64,000 nt of DNA. It comes from Mobula hypostoma (Eukaryota). The DNA lies in contig NC_086097.1 in assembly GCF_963921235.1 (NCBI RefSeq), positions 179,430,001 through 179,494,000 on the forward strand, given 5' to 3'. The first letter of the stretch is position 1. The number at the start of each line of letters is the position of its first letter. The notes beneath the pieces are model-generated. The model searched no databases. It saw nothing but the letters and a program-made list of their open reading frames with translations, and was not told the DNA's origin. A program made the position numbers and the translations under genes. Shown here in pieces: positions 1 to 11,939 of the stretch.

Positions 1-623
1 GTTTTAATGCAAAGCACACCTTGGGTTACATGAGATTTGCATTTCTGAGATGAGTTTCTTTAAGTTTGAAATGTCGGCTAAGATTGCAAAAGTTGCACTG
101 GTAGATTAATTAGCTGCAGACTAGTACAGAGCTTTGCTAAAGTTTATTTATTAATTTTTTACCTATTTAGAAATGCAGCACAGTAACTGACCCCTTCAGC
201 CCACGAGTTCCTGCAAAAATTGCACCCATGTGACCAATTAACTTACTAACCGGTACATGTGTGGAATTTCGGAAGGAGCTGGAGTCCATGCAGTCGCGGG
301 GAGGATGTATAAACTCCTTACGGGGTTGCTGGCCCTGTAAAGCTTTCCGCTGACTGCAACACTACCACGCCAAACCTAAGTTTAGATCTTAGATCCCACT
401 TTGAAGTAGTTAATTAGTACCAATCTGTACTGTAAAGCTGAAACTTCCCGGATCATGGGAGTTTCAGAATTTAGAATGTCAGGCAGTTTTAGCCTTTATT
501 GTAGAGTGTCATAGAGTTGTACATAATGGGGAAAAAGGCCCTTCAACCCGTGTGTCCATGTCAACCAAGACGTATATTCAAGCTAATCCTATTTCCCAGC
601 TCTTGGCCAATATGCCTCTAAAC

Positions 624-700
624 CAGGGGTTCCCAACCTGGGTTCACAGACACCTCGTTAATGGTAGGAGTCCATGGCATAAAAAGGTTGGAAACCCCTG
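624..700. mobile_element. hAT (Charlie-type) MITE, 77 bp
   Basis: 16-bp TIRs CAGGGGTTCCCAACCT / AGGTTGGAAACCCCTG (1 mismatch). Degenerate 8-bp TSD ctctaaac / ttctaagc resembles the NTCTAGAN target. Confidence 0.8.
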
Positions 701-1309
701 TTCTAAGCTCTTGTCATCACCGTAACTGTACTCTCCTTCCGTGCATCTACAGTGTCTACCTTAACCGTTTCTCTGGCGGCTGGTTCCAAATCGATCACCC
801 GCTATGTAAAGACATTTTGCCCCTCAGATTCTCGCTAAACCTTTCACCTTGAACCTGAAAACTATGTCCTTTAGTTTATGATTTTCCAACCCTGGAAAAA
901 GGATGGTTCACCCTATCTATATCCCTCTGATTTTATATAGCTCTGTGAGGTCATCCCTCAGTCTCTTGTGCTTCCTGATTGTCTGCCTGCACTGTACTTT
1001 CCCTATAGCTGTTACACTTTATTCTGCATTCTGTTATTTTACCTTGTTCTCCCTCAATGCACTGTGTAATGATTTAATTTGTATGGACAGTATGCAGGAC
1101 AAGTTTTTCACTGTATCACAACACTTGTGACAACAATAAACCAACTTACCATTGCAATGCTTTTGTTGTATACTATAGAAAGCAGCTCTAGGAAACATCG
1201 CAGAGCTGCTTCTGATCTGCACTGTATGAATAAATATTAATTTATTCATTTACTGTAGGTCAGAGTAGTCTGTTTTTGACACAGTTAAAACATTTAATAA
1301 AAATCTAAG

Positions 1310-1560
1310 CTGGTGCTGACTCTGTGGATTTTATGTGTTCTCCCTTTGACTATTTTGGTTTCCCCGGGTACTCTGGTTTGCTCCGATATCCTGAAGATCT
1401 GAGGGTAGGTGACTCTTGGTCCTTAGTAAGTGAGTGGTACAATCTGAACGGGGTTGGTGGGAATGCGAGGAGAATGAAATGGAATTAGTGTAAATGAGTG
1501 GTTGGTGGTCAGCACAGATTTGATGGGCTGAAGGGCCTGTTTCTGTGCTGTATCTCTGTG
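1310..1560 (+). mobile_element. Degraded V-type (HE1-like) SINE
   Basis: Central domain like 'tgtggagtttgcatgttctccc...ggtttcc...ggtgctccggtttcctcc' followed by a CR1-type tail 'gggctgaagggcctgtttctgtgctgta'. Similar copies at about 25910-26160, 45105-45290 and 59400-59670 (+), and about 160-372, 20155-20260, 29430-29630 and 45465-45580 (-). Confidence 0.65.
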
Positions 1561-2899
1561 TGAGAGCGAAGGAATTTTAATACTCCAGAACAAGTCTACG
1601 ATCAATAGAGATGAACTGTTTTCCTGAACGTCACTGTCATTTAAATGCAGTGCCCTATCTTCCTGAAGCTACTTACAAGTAGCTGCATAAATCCTTGACA
1701 GTGACCAGAGTTAAAAAGGCTAACGGAGCCCGGGAGGAAAGGGAGCAGTAGTGGGAATGCCAATTAATGGTGAAAAATCTTGCGGAACAGAATGCAGAAG
1801 GATCAGTTTAGCAAAAATGATGAATATTCAGAATGAGGAGACACTGTACGCTGTGTACATTTATCAGCCTGCATCCTACTTCCGAACAAGTCAACAGTTG
1901 TCCCCTCCTCACTCCCTCGCCCCTCCTTTTATCCTGCAGCAGGTCTCTCCGCTTAATGAGCATTCACTTCATGAATTGTTGCTCCAGCAAAAGGTTTTAT
2001 TTATGTTATTCTGTTGCGTAATGTAGGCTCTGTGTACTGCAGACAGGGATGCATTCGGGGCTTGCCTTTCACAGGCAGATCTCTGAAAATTCAATCACAT
2101 GTAATAGTCTTTTTCATTGGGGTAAAGAGAAGATGAAATAAACTTCTAAAATGGGGGAAAATCTTCTTCTATCCAACATTAGTTAGGTGAGTGAGTTGCA
2201 AGGCCTAGCTTGTGGCTAGAATGGCCGTTGATATACTACATCTTTACTAGCAGAGGAATAACCAGCTCCTGGCTCATCACCCATGGCAGCTGTTGTTCTT
2301 GGTGAAAGCTTAGGGCTAATGGTATCTCCTCTACAAATCTTTGCATGCTGAGGGATTCTGTAGGACCCTAACCCTTTGTTGCCCTAATGGAATGTGACCC
2401 CCCATCTTCCAGGATATGCCCTCTTCTCATTACTACCATCAGAGAGAAGGTATAGGAGCCTGAAAACCCACACTTGACAATACAGGAAGACCTTCTTCCT
2501 CCCACCGTCAAATCCCTGAACAGCCCATGAATCCATGGATTCAACCTCATTATTCCTTTCTTTATGCACTATATTTATTTTTGTAATGTGTAGTTGTTTT
2601 ATTGCTGGTGCAAAACTACAAATTCCACATCATGTAAGTGAGTGCTAGTAATTCTGATTCCGAGAGAGAGTTATTGAGGTGGGGTAGCTCCAGGATGGGG
2701 ACTGTGACTTAATTTAAAATAGCTTCAAGGGCAAATTGAGGAGTAAATTTAAACTCTGGTATTGGCTTATTATTTGTTACATGTAGTGAGATTGCAGTGG
2801 AAAGCTTTTGTTTGTGTGTCACCCGGACTGATCACTCCATTCATAGGTACATCGAGGTAGGGAAAAGGAAATAGAATGCAGAACATGTTAACGTGGGAC

Positions 2900-3068
2900 T
2901 TTGCAGATACTGGAAACCCAGAGCAACATGGACAAAATGCTGGAGGAACTCAGCAGGTCAGGCAGCAGCTATGGAGGGAAATGGCCCTTCAACAGTCCTG
3001 ATGAAGGGTCTTGGCATGAAGCGTTGACTGTCCACTTCCCTTCGTAGATGCTGAGTTCCTCCAGCATC
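2900..3068. mobile_element. Short Penelope-derived foldback element with a hammerhead-like motif
   Basis: Inverted arms (atgctggaggaactcagca ... tgctgagttcctccagcat) around acagtc-CTGATGA-agggtcttggcat-GAAGCGTT-gactgt. Confidence 0.7.
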
Positions 3069-3499
3069 AGGGTGCTGCCGATTATGGTGTTACAGTTCCA
3101 GAGCAAGTGTAGTGCAGGCGGGCAAAGTACAAAGGTCGTAATGAGGTGGGAGCATCTTTTGTTCTGTCCCGCAGTTAAATTTTAGCTGATTGTCTGAACT
3201 TCAGCTGTCTTGGTTCTACAGCTCTTGTTACCTGGCAGAATCAGTCTCTTGCTTCTTCAGTTCTGCTTCCTTTCAGCTCAGCTTCCACACTCTTATCCCC
3301 AGGATTTCAGTTTGTCTGATGGAGTCCTTTGGCATAGAAGGCACTGACCGGAGGTTGGGAGGAGGTAGAGAGTGCCCAGGAAGGCAAGGGTCTTTGATTT
3401 TGTTGGCTGCTTCCCAAGGCAACGGGTATTGTAGACGGAGGGGAGGCTGGTTTGTGTGATAAACTGAGCTGTGTCCACAACTCTGACTCTGCCAGAATC

Positions 3500-5160
3500 T
3501 GCAGAGTAGAATCAGGTTTTTAATCACTGACACTATGGCGTGAAATGTGTTGTTTTGTGGGAGCAGTACATTGCGGGACATAAAAAGTTAATATAAGTTG
3601 CAATTGGAAATAAAATAGTGTAAAAAAAGGAAGTGACGTAGTGTTCACAGTCTATTCAGAAATCTGATGGCAGAGGGTAAAAAGCTGTAACTAAGATGTT
3701 GAGTGTGGGTCTTCAGGCTCCCGAGCCTCCTCCCTCATGGTCGTAATGAGAAGCGGTCTTGTCCCAGGTGGTGAGGGTCCTTCGTGATGGATCCCACCTT
3801 CCTGAGGCACCACCTTTTGACGATCTCCTCAGTGGTGTGTCCGTGATGGGGCTGGCTGAGTCCACAACCCTTTGCAGCGTTTGCAGCCCTGTGCATTGTA
3901 GCTTCCATACCAGGTGGTGATGAAACCAGTCAGAATGCTTTCCTCAGTACATTTTGCAGACATTTGTGAGAGTCTTTGGTGAGATACCACATCTCCTCAA
4001 ACTCCTAATGAAACACAGCTGCTGGCGTGCTTCCTTTATGATCATATCAAAATGTTGGGCCCCAGGAGCTCAAAACTGCTCACTGCCCACAGTCCTCACC
4101 ATCAATGAGGACTGGTGTGTGTTCCCTCGATCTCCCCTTCCTGAAGTCCACCATCAGTTCATTGGGTCTTGCTGACATTGAGTGCAAGGTTGTTGTCGCG
4201 ATATCACTTAACCAGCCTGTCTCACTCCTGTACACCTTGTCACCATCTGAGATTCCACCAGCAACAGTGGTGTCCTCTGCGACTTATAGATGGTGTTTGA
4301 GCTGTGCCTAACCACCCAGTCATGAGTGTAGAGAGAGCAGAGCAAAAGGCTAAGCACACACCCTCCTGCAGTGATTGTCATCAAGGAGATGTTCATACTG
4401 ATCCGCAGTGGCTCTGATCTCCCTATGTTGAGAACAGAGTCAGGGATCAAGGATCCATTTGCAGAGGGAGATACAGAGGCTGAGATTTTGGAGCTTGTTG
4501 ATTTGTACTGAGGGGATGATGGTGTTGAATGCTGAGATGTAATCAATAAACAGCAGCCTGATGTAGGTATTGCTTTTGTCCAGGTGACCCAAGGCCACAT
4601 GGAGAGCTGGTATTGATTGCATCTGCTATTGACCTGATATTGTGGTAGGCAAGTTGCAGTGGGTCCAGAGTTAATTCCATCCATGACCGACCTATCAAAG
4701 CTATCACCGACCTGTCACAACAGATGTGAGTGCGACTGGGCAATAGTCATTGAGGTAGTTCACCCTGCTCTTCTTGGACACTGGTATGATTAATGCCCCT
4801 TGGAAGCAGGTGGGAACATCCGGATGCAGCAGTGAGAGACTGAAGATGTCCCACGGCTGGCACAGGTTCTCAGTAACCTGCCAGGTACATCAGTGAGGCC
4901 TGACGTCTTGCAAGGGTTTACCCTCTTATTGAAGCTTCTGATGTCGGCCTCTGAGATGGAGATCACAGGGTTGCCAGATGCTGCTCGCATTGACACAGGT
5001 GTAGTTTTATTTGCCCTTTCAAAGCGTGCGAAGCAGTTGCCGTACCAAGCCGTGATTCGTCCGGATGGAGTACTCTCTAGAATGCGAAGATAAGAATTGG
5101 TGAGGGTCATTGGGGACAAGCTGAACTTCCTTAGCCTGCTGAGGTCGAACCCTTTATGTG
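3500..5160 (-). mobile_element. Rex/Babar-type LINE fragments, degraded
   Basis: Minus-strand remnants [32 protein letters not shown] and SISEADIR..KRVNP.K..G.....GR.LRTCA, typical of Rex1/Babar RT. Many frameshifts. Confidence 0.8.
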
Positions 5161-6199
5161 GCTGGACCAGTACTCTGAGAAACATGGGTGGGTGATAAAC
5201 AGCTGGTCTCATCTGGGGTGTTTTCTCTGGAGCGCCTGAGGCTGAGGGGACAACTGGTAGAAGTTTATAAAATTATGAGAGGCACAGATAGGGAAGATGT
5301 TCAGAAGTCTTTTCTTCCCAGGGTAGAAGTGTCAGATACCAGAGGACATGTATTCAGGGTGAGGAGGAGAATGTTTAAAGGAGGTGTGTAGAATAATAAG
5401 GAGGGTGTCTGGAAGGGGTGGTGGTAGAAGCAGGGAATGGAGGGATATGGATCATGTGCAGGTGGGAGAGATTTAGTTTCATTTAGCTTCGTGTTCAGCA
5501 CAGACATGGTGGGCCGAAGGGCCTGTTTCTGTGCTATACTGTTTTGTGTTCTGTATTTAATACAAGTTGTTGAATTGTCAGGGGTGTAGGCAGCTGATAG
5601 AAATCTCTAACGCCACACAGCAACTTCCGTTTCATGGCCAAGGAGCCCGGGAATCAGTTGCTAGGCTGATGCACTTCACTCGGTCTGGTGCTGCTATTTT
5701 AGTTTAAGTGGGTATGCATTATTTATTGTTAATTTTGTGTGTGAGAATAGTAAAGGTTTAATGGCACACATGTTGGAAACGTGACACATCATTGGTAGAA
5801 AGGGTTAGGAGCAACTGTTCCATTTACTAAAACACAGTTGACCTTTAAGTCTGTTCAGAGTTTCTGAAATAATCTGCACATCTTGCTCACGATCTAGGAG
5901 GCACTGAGTGCAGGAGAAGTCAAAATAAAGAACAGGCGGCTGGCTGTTCAGTCCTATCAGTGTGTATTACTGTTCAGAGCATGGAACAGAAAACCAACCT
6001 GTCCTTCCACCCTTGATCTCTTTACCAGTCATGATTCCAAATTAAATTAATCCCACTTGTCTGCACATGATCCCCATCTCTCCATCCCAGCTGTTCATGT
6101 ATCTGTCTGAAAGTCACTTGAGCATCACTATGGGATCTGTTAGCATCACCTTTTCTGACAGCGTGAGCCAGACCCCCACTACTCTTGCCCCATACAACT

Positions 6200-6555
6200 T
6201 TGCATCTTTTCCTCTGTCTCGTCCCCTCCCTCCCTTTTGTTTCCCCCTTGCCTTGCACTCCTCTTCCTATACCCTCCTCCTCATCCACACTCTCCTCTTG
6301 TCCTCTCCTTCAGCCTCCCCTTCCCTCCACTCCCACATCTCCCCTGCCCTCCTCTTATCCTCTTCTCCTTTCCTCCCCTCCCCACCCCTTCTCTGCCTTG
6401 CTCTCCCCGGCCCCGCCTCACCCCTCCCTCCCTCCCGCCCCCCACCTCCCCCAAACCCCCTCCTCTTCTCTATCTCCTTTCCTTCTCTCCCCAGGCCTTG
6501 CTGCCTCCTCTCCTTCAATCTCTCTCTCGATCCCCCATCATCTCATTCCACTCTC
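6200..6555. repeat. Long C/T-rich low-complexity tract
   Basis: About 350 bp, almost entirely pyrimidines on the + strand. Confidence 0.9.
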
Positions 6556-7769
6556 GCACTAGAGGCCCACCAACATCTACTGCAGGAGATGGTAGGATGA
6601 TTCGTGCAGAGTTTTGTCACTGATCTTAAATCCAATTAGTTAAGTAATTCTGGAATTAAAACCTATAGCGAGGTGAAGGTACTGGCCTGTTTTTAAAAAA
6701 ACCTTCTTGCTTTTATCTGAGATCCTCTGATCTGCCCTCTGAAAAGGTCAGTGGCCATTCACTTTGAGGGCAATCAGGAACGCTGTTGAAAGCAACACGC
6801 ATGCATTTCAGAAGTTTCAGCCGTCCCCTTGTTAATTTCTTTGTCCCCAGCTCCTGCCCATGCGATGTGCAGGCAGGTGAGAGGGAGCCATGTCGGGAAG
6901 GTTGGTTTCCATCGTGCTCCTGTCGGAGGGCACCATGGCAACCAGAACCTGATCCTCTGGCTTGGCCAGGTTCCAGGCTCTACTGTTCCCAGACTTCAGG
7001 TGTTGAGATACACTTCAACAGGTGGACAGGACAGGACGAGACCTGAAAGCAGTCTCGTTGGTAATGGGGGGGGGGCTTACTTTCCCCCAGCAGAGCAACA
7101 GTTAGCAGGCATGGAGAGTTAAGGTAATGGAACAGAGTTGAGGAGGATCCTGATAGTTACAGGGACAGGAACTCGGAGGCCAAGGGAGAAGCTCTGTTAC
7201 CGAAGGATTGCCAAATTGAGCACCTGCTGCACAGTGACCTACCAGGTCTGCGCACCAAGTACTGGGCAGTGGGATTAGTGCTTGCAGCTCACTCTCTTGC
7301 TGGCCTGGACCCGATGGATGGGAGGTGAGCTCCCAGGAAACTGACAATGAGACACGAATGGTGGGTGCATGTCCTTTCTGTTCAATCTTTTCCTGCTGTG
7401 CCCTGCTTGAGTTTTCTTGTAACTGCTGACTACACAAGGTGGGCAGACCACGTTTGTACCACACCGGCCTCAGACTCAGGAATTGTAATTCTTGCGCCAA
7501 AGTCTAGACCACAGTAAATAACTCGGATATAAGAGGTTAAAAAGGTTAAAATAAAGTATTTTGCTGATTTGCATTTAATTGCATTCAAATAAGTCTTCAG
7601 CATTGTTTGTTAAAATGGGAGGATAGAGTATTTAACTATGGATGGTTACCAGGGAATAAGCAAAATAGATCAGGGTCAAATTTCAGAGCTCAATACAGAG
7701 TGAGTGTTACACACCTGCACGGACTTGGCTTGAATGGTGGTGAATTAACAGAGTGCTTTCTGAATCCAG

Positions 7770-7929
7770 ATTCTGACTCTGCAGACTCTTTGAGTGGATT
7801 TGAAACGGTAGCAAGTCAGTCAGCTGACGAAGAACCTTTGAACTGTACCAACACCGAAAGGTCAAATATGTCGGAGCAGGAGAATCGTGGAACCAAACCA
7901 GTTCCGGCCAATGGCATCACAAAATACAG
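7770..7929 (+). CDS. OSBPL1A: OSBPL1A internal coding exon (linker after the FFAT region, before the ORD)
   Basis: ccag|AT acceptor and AG|gtgagg donor. Encodes (D)SDSADSLSGFETVASQSADEE...MSEQENRGTKPVPANGITKY(R), which resembles ORP1 DSESERSLS...MSEEK...NGIKKHR. The phase-2 end joins the next exon in frame. Confidence 0.85.
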
Positions 7930-8097
7930 GTGAGGCACAAAACCAGAGATTGAATAAACACTGCTTGTTAGAAAGGCAAAGTCAAGTTTGTCATGTGCAC
8001 TTTTGCGATGAAAAACTTATTTGTAGCAATATTATAGGTACATAAGATAAATAAGCAACATTTACAGGAATGAAGTACAATAAACATAAATTATATA

Positions 8098-8290
8098 ATG
8101 CACACGACATGCTGGAGAAACTCAGCAGGCCAGGCAGCATCTGTGGAAAAGAGTAAACAGTTGATGTTTCAGAGCAAGACCCTTCATCAGGACAGTCCCT
8201 TCATCTTTTCCATAGACGCTGCCTGGCCTGCTGAGTTCCTCCAGCGTTTTGTGTGTTACCTTGATTTCCAGCATCTGCAGATTTTCTCTT
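8098..8290. mobile_element. Short Penelope-derived foldback element
   Basis: Inverted arms with a minus-strand CTGATGA...GAAAC motif. Degenerate flanking duplication aacataaattata / aacataagtcata. Confidence 0.7.
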
Positions 8291-9454
8291 GAACATAAGT
8301 CATAATAATTTTTACAAGAAAGGACATGATTAGAACAGAACAAAAACTGGGGAAGTTGGGGAATCAAGAACTAGACGGCAAAGGTTTAAGGTAAAAGTGA
8401 AGAGATTTGATAAGAGCCTGAAGGACACCTTTGTTAACTGATGGTGGCCAGTGCATGGACTGAATTGATAGAGGAAGTAGTTGAGGCAGGTACATCAGCA
8501 ATATTTAAGGGGTACTTGGACTGGAATGTGATAGGAAAGTTTAGAAGGATGCGGCCAAATGCCGGCAAATGGGATGAGCTTACATGGGAATCTTGGTTGG
8601 CATGGACCAGCTGGGTCAAAAAGCCTGTCTCTGTGTTGTGTTACTCTGTGTACAAATTCCACACATGTGGGTGTGTGTATGTATAGTATATCATGAAATA
8701 TTCTGAGCCACCCTTGCAAAAAGTTGCTTTTAAAAATTAATGTGGGATGTTTAATACAGTACAGTGCAGAGATCTAAAATAATCTTTGTTTCAAATTTTA
8801 GTTCCTTGCATCACCTGGCTTTGTTCATGCATTTTTTAAATCCTGTGTCAGGCCATGTGACAGAGGCATGAAATGGTTGTGAAGCTACAAGAGATGGCAA
8901 ATGCTGAATCCTGACTGATTGTGACACGGGTCAAACAGTTGTGTTGGGAATATTTTCTGCAGGCTCTATGTCAAACTTAGTCAAGTTATTTGTTTAACTG
9001 TAGTGGATTTAACTAACACAATTATATTCTTTGCTTTTTATCTGGGAGAATATGTGAAAGACTAAATTTGATACCAAGACCTAAATTTTAATGAACTGTA
9101 AGAGATACTCTGTACTCTGGTGTCACCCTCTGTGTTCACTGTCCTGGTGATCTGATTACCTCTTCGATACCTGCTACTGTTATATTGTCCTGGCTGGCTA
9201 ATGGCTACAAAAATATTGGACAAATGTCAAGAAATATGCGTCTGGGTTTGTCACCACTGGATATTCTATACAAGTGATTCAGATTAATGTATTTATCATG
9301 TGCATTGAAACAGAGTGCAATGCATCATTTGTGTTAGCAACCTAAGGAATGGTGGGGTAACGGGCAAGTGTCGTTACACATTCCAGCACCAACGTAACAT
9401 GTGCAACGGAACAACACAGACAACATCAACAGCAAAACAAACCTCTTTCCTCTC

Positions 9455-10210
9455 TACGTCAGGCAGCATCTATGGAAATGAATAAGCAGTCAATGTTTCG
9501 GGCTCAGACCCTTCTTCATGACTGGAAAGGAAGGGGAAGGCGCTGGAAGGTGATCGGTGAAGCCATTTGGGTGAGAAAGGTAAAGGACTGGAGAAGAAGG
9601 AATCTGATAGGAGAGGAGAATGGACCATGGGAGAGAGGGAAGAAGGATGGGCAACAGAGGGAGGTGATAGGCAGGTGAGGAGAAGAGGTAAGAGGCTAGA
9701 CCAGGAAGAAGAGGGAAGCTGGGGCAGTGAGTTTACCAGAAGGAGAAATTAATGTTGGTGCTATCAGGTTGGAGGCTTCCCAGGCAGAAAATAAGCTGTT
9801 GCTCCTCCACCTTGCGAGTGGCCTCATCATGACAAAAATGGCCACGGACCAATATGTCAGAAGGAGAATAGAGACAGGAATTAAAATGGTTGACCACAAA
9901 AATTCCATTTCTGGTGGATGGAGCAGAAGTGCTCAACAAAGCAGTTCCCCAGTTTCCGTCAGGTCTCACTCATGTCGAGGAAGGTGCATTGGGAACACCA
10001 GATACAAAAGACAACCCCAACAGGTTTGCAGGTGATGTGTTGCCTCATCTGGAAAAACTGTTTGGGGCACTGAATAGCGATAAAGAAGGTCACATTTATT
10101 CTTACTTAGTCCTAAAGAAGGGTCTCAGTCTGAAAAGTCGATTGCTTTATTCATTTCCATGTATACTGTCTGACGTACTGAGTTCCTCCAGCATTTTCTG
10201 TATGTTGCTC
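9455..10210 (-). mobile_element. Penelope-like element 3' part (GIY-YIG remnant) with an inverted terminal copy
   Basis: ORF remnant VVNHFNS...CHDEATRKVEEQQLIFCLGSLQP..TNINFS matches the PLE GIY-YIG C-terminus. Hammerhead-like motifs at 9487-9524 (-) and 10108-10143 (+). Confidence 0.8.
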
Positions 10211-11939
10211 TGCTTGTGTTTACTTGTTGCTTGCTCCTACCCACCCACCCAGTCATGCATACAAACAGGCCTCCAACTCAGGGCAGGCCGCCTCTGTGCC
10301 TCTGACTTCCTGTGGAGTCACAGACGTTGGGCCTCCAACTCCTCCCTGCGGCCTCGTAGTCTCACAGGTCTTGAATTTAAAACTGTGTTCTCTACACTAA
10401 GTTAGTTTCTGCTTTGCGGAAAATGATCAATTGTTAATTAGGAAAATGTCTTTGTTGGATAGTTACAGCATTTCTGTATGGCACAGACAAATCGTTAATC
10501 AAATCAGAAGAATTGGCATTTATTTTTAATCTGTATATTGTTGGATTTGTGTGGACTTTTGAGGTGTGTTTTCAACAGCTGCTACAGGTAGGTCACAGCC
10601 AGGTGCATACTGGACAGAAACCTGCTTCCACCCCCATACACAACTTGCCTTGGTGCAAACTGCTCCACCAGTTTTCCCTGCCCTCCGTGTAGTTGTACAA
10701 TACATTGATGCCATTTTGTGTTAGATTTTGGCAGCAAATGGGATTAAAATTCATTTCATATGAAGCTCAACTGCATCACAGAAACTGCTCAGCATTTGTG
10801 GAGATCTCTAATCCGTTCATGGCACCAGAAGCACTTAAGATTGATTTAAAAAGAACAATGACTATAAGTGGAGAGAGAGAGAGAGGGAGGACACTAGTTC
10901 TGCTGTTGGTAAGGACGAAGATGTGTATGGACGTCAGACTTTTGAATTGAACCATGTTATGACGGATCATCTGGGTAGGGGTTTCTTGTTGGAATTTGTT
11001 TATTATTGTCACATGTATGAAGATCTAGCAAAAAGGGTGTCTTGCATTGTGTTCATACAGATCAGATCATTATACAGTGCATTGAGCGAGAACAAGGTAT
11101 AGAAATAACTATTCAAAATAAGATGTAACAGCATGAGGTCAAGACTCTATCTTATCGTACAAGGGGCTGACAACAGTAGGATGGAAGTTATCCTCGAGCC
11201 TGGTGGGATGTACTTTCAGATTTTTGTATCTTCTGCCCAATTGGGGGTGGGGGGGGGGAAGAAAAGTGAATGTCTGGGGTAGGTGGAGTCTTCGATTTGG
11301 TGAAGGGTTTAAGAGTTGGTGGGAGAAGGAGGGAGACTGAGGTTGAAGGTCAAAAAATTAGCCATGATTGAATGGTGGAGCAGACTAAATGGGCTGAATG
11401 GCCTATTTCTGTTCCTTATGAATATGCGTGAGTTGGGTGTTGGTAACTAGGAGACATTTTGCATTGTATAACTCCATAACTAGACTAGGTGTGGGTCTGT
11501 GTTAACCTCTTCCATCTGCTGTTATTCTGCCTGATCCCACTTTTAGATAACCACCTAGTCGTTTCAGTATATTGAATCAACTTGAATATTTTCTCTGAAT
11601 TCTGTAATGCTATCCTAAGTAGCATAGTTGACTCTGCTAAATCATATTAATTTCCAAGCGTCTTGATATCACGTCCTTTGAAGTTTGCAGTGATTTCCCA
11701 AGTAACAGAACGGGATGAAAAAGTTGGTGATTCTGTGTTTCTTCCCTCCCTCCCTCTTTCCTGAAGTGGTGTGCACATTGGCTGACTCCAACCTGCAGGA
11801 ACATTTCATCATACAGACATTTGATGACCAGCCTCTTTCTAAACTCTGTATATAGGTCAGCAGGGCTTTTGAGATGTAATCTTGTAAGATTTAATTATCT
11901 GTGATCCTGCACTCCAATTCTGTACTGTCTTGGTTTAAA

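Noticed and set aside
6022..6623. Pro/Ser/Leu-rich and Gly/Arg/Glu-rich ORFs
   Set aside because: Artefacts of the polypyrimidine tract.
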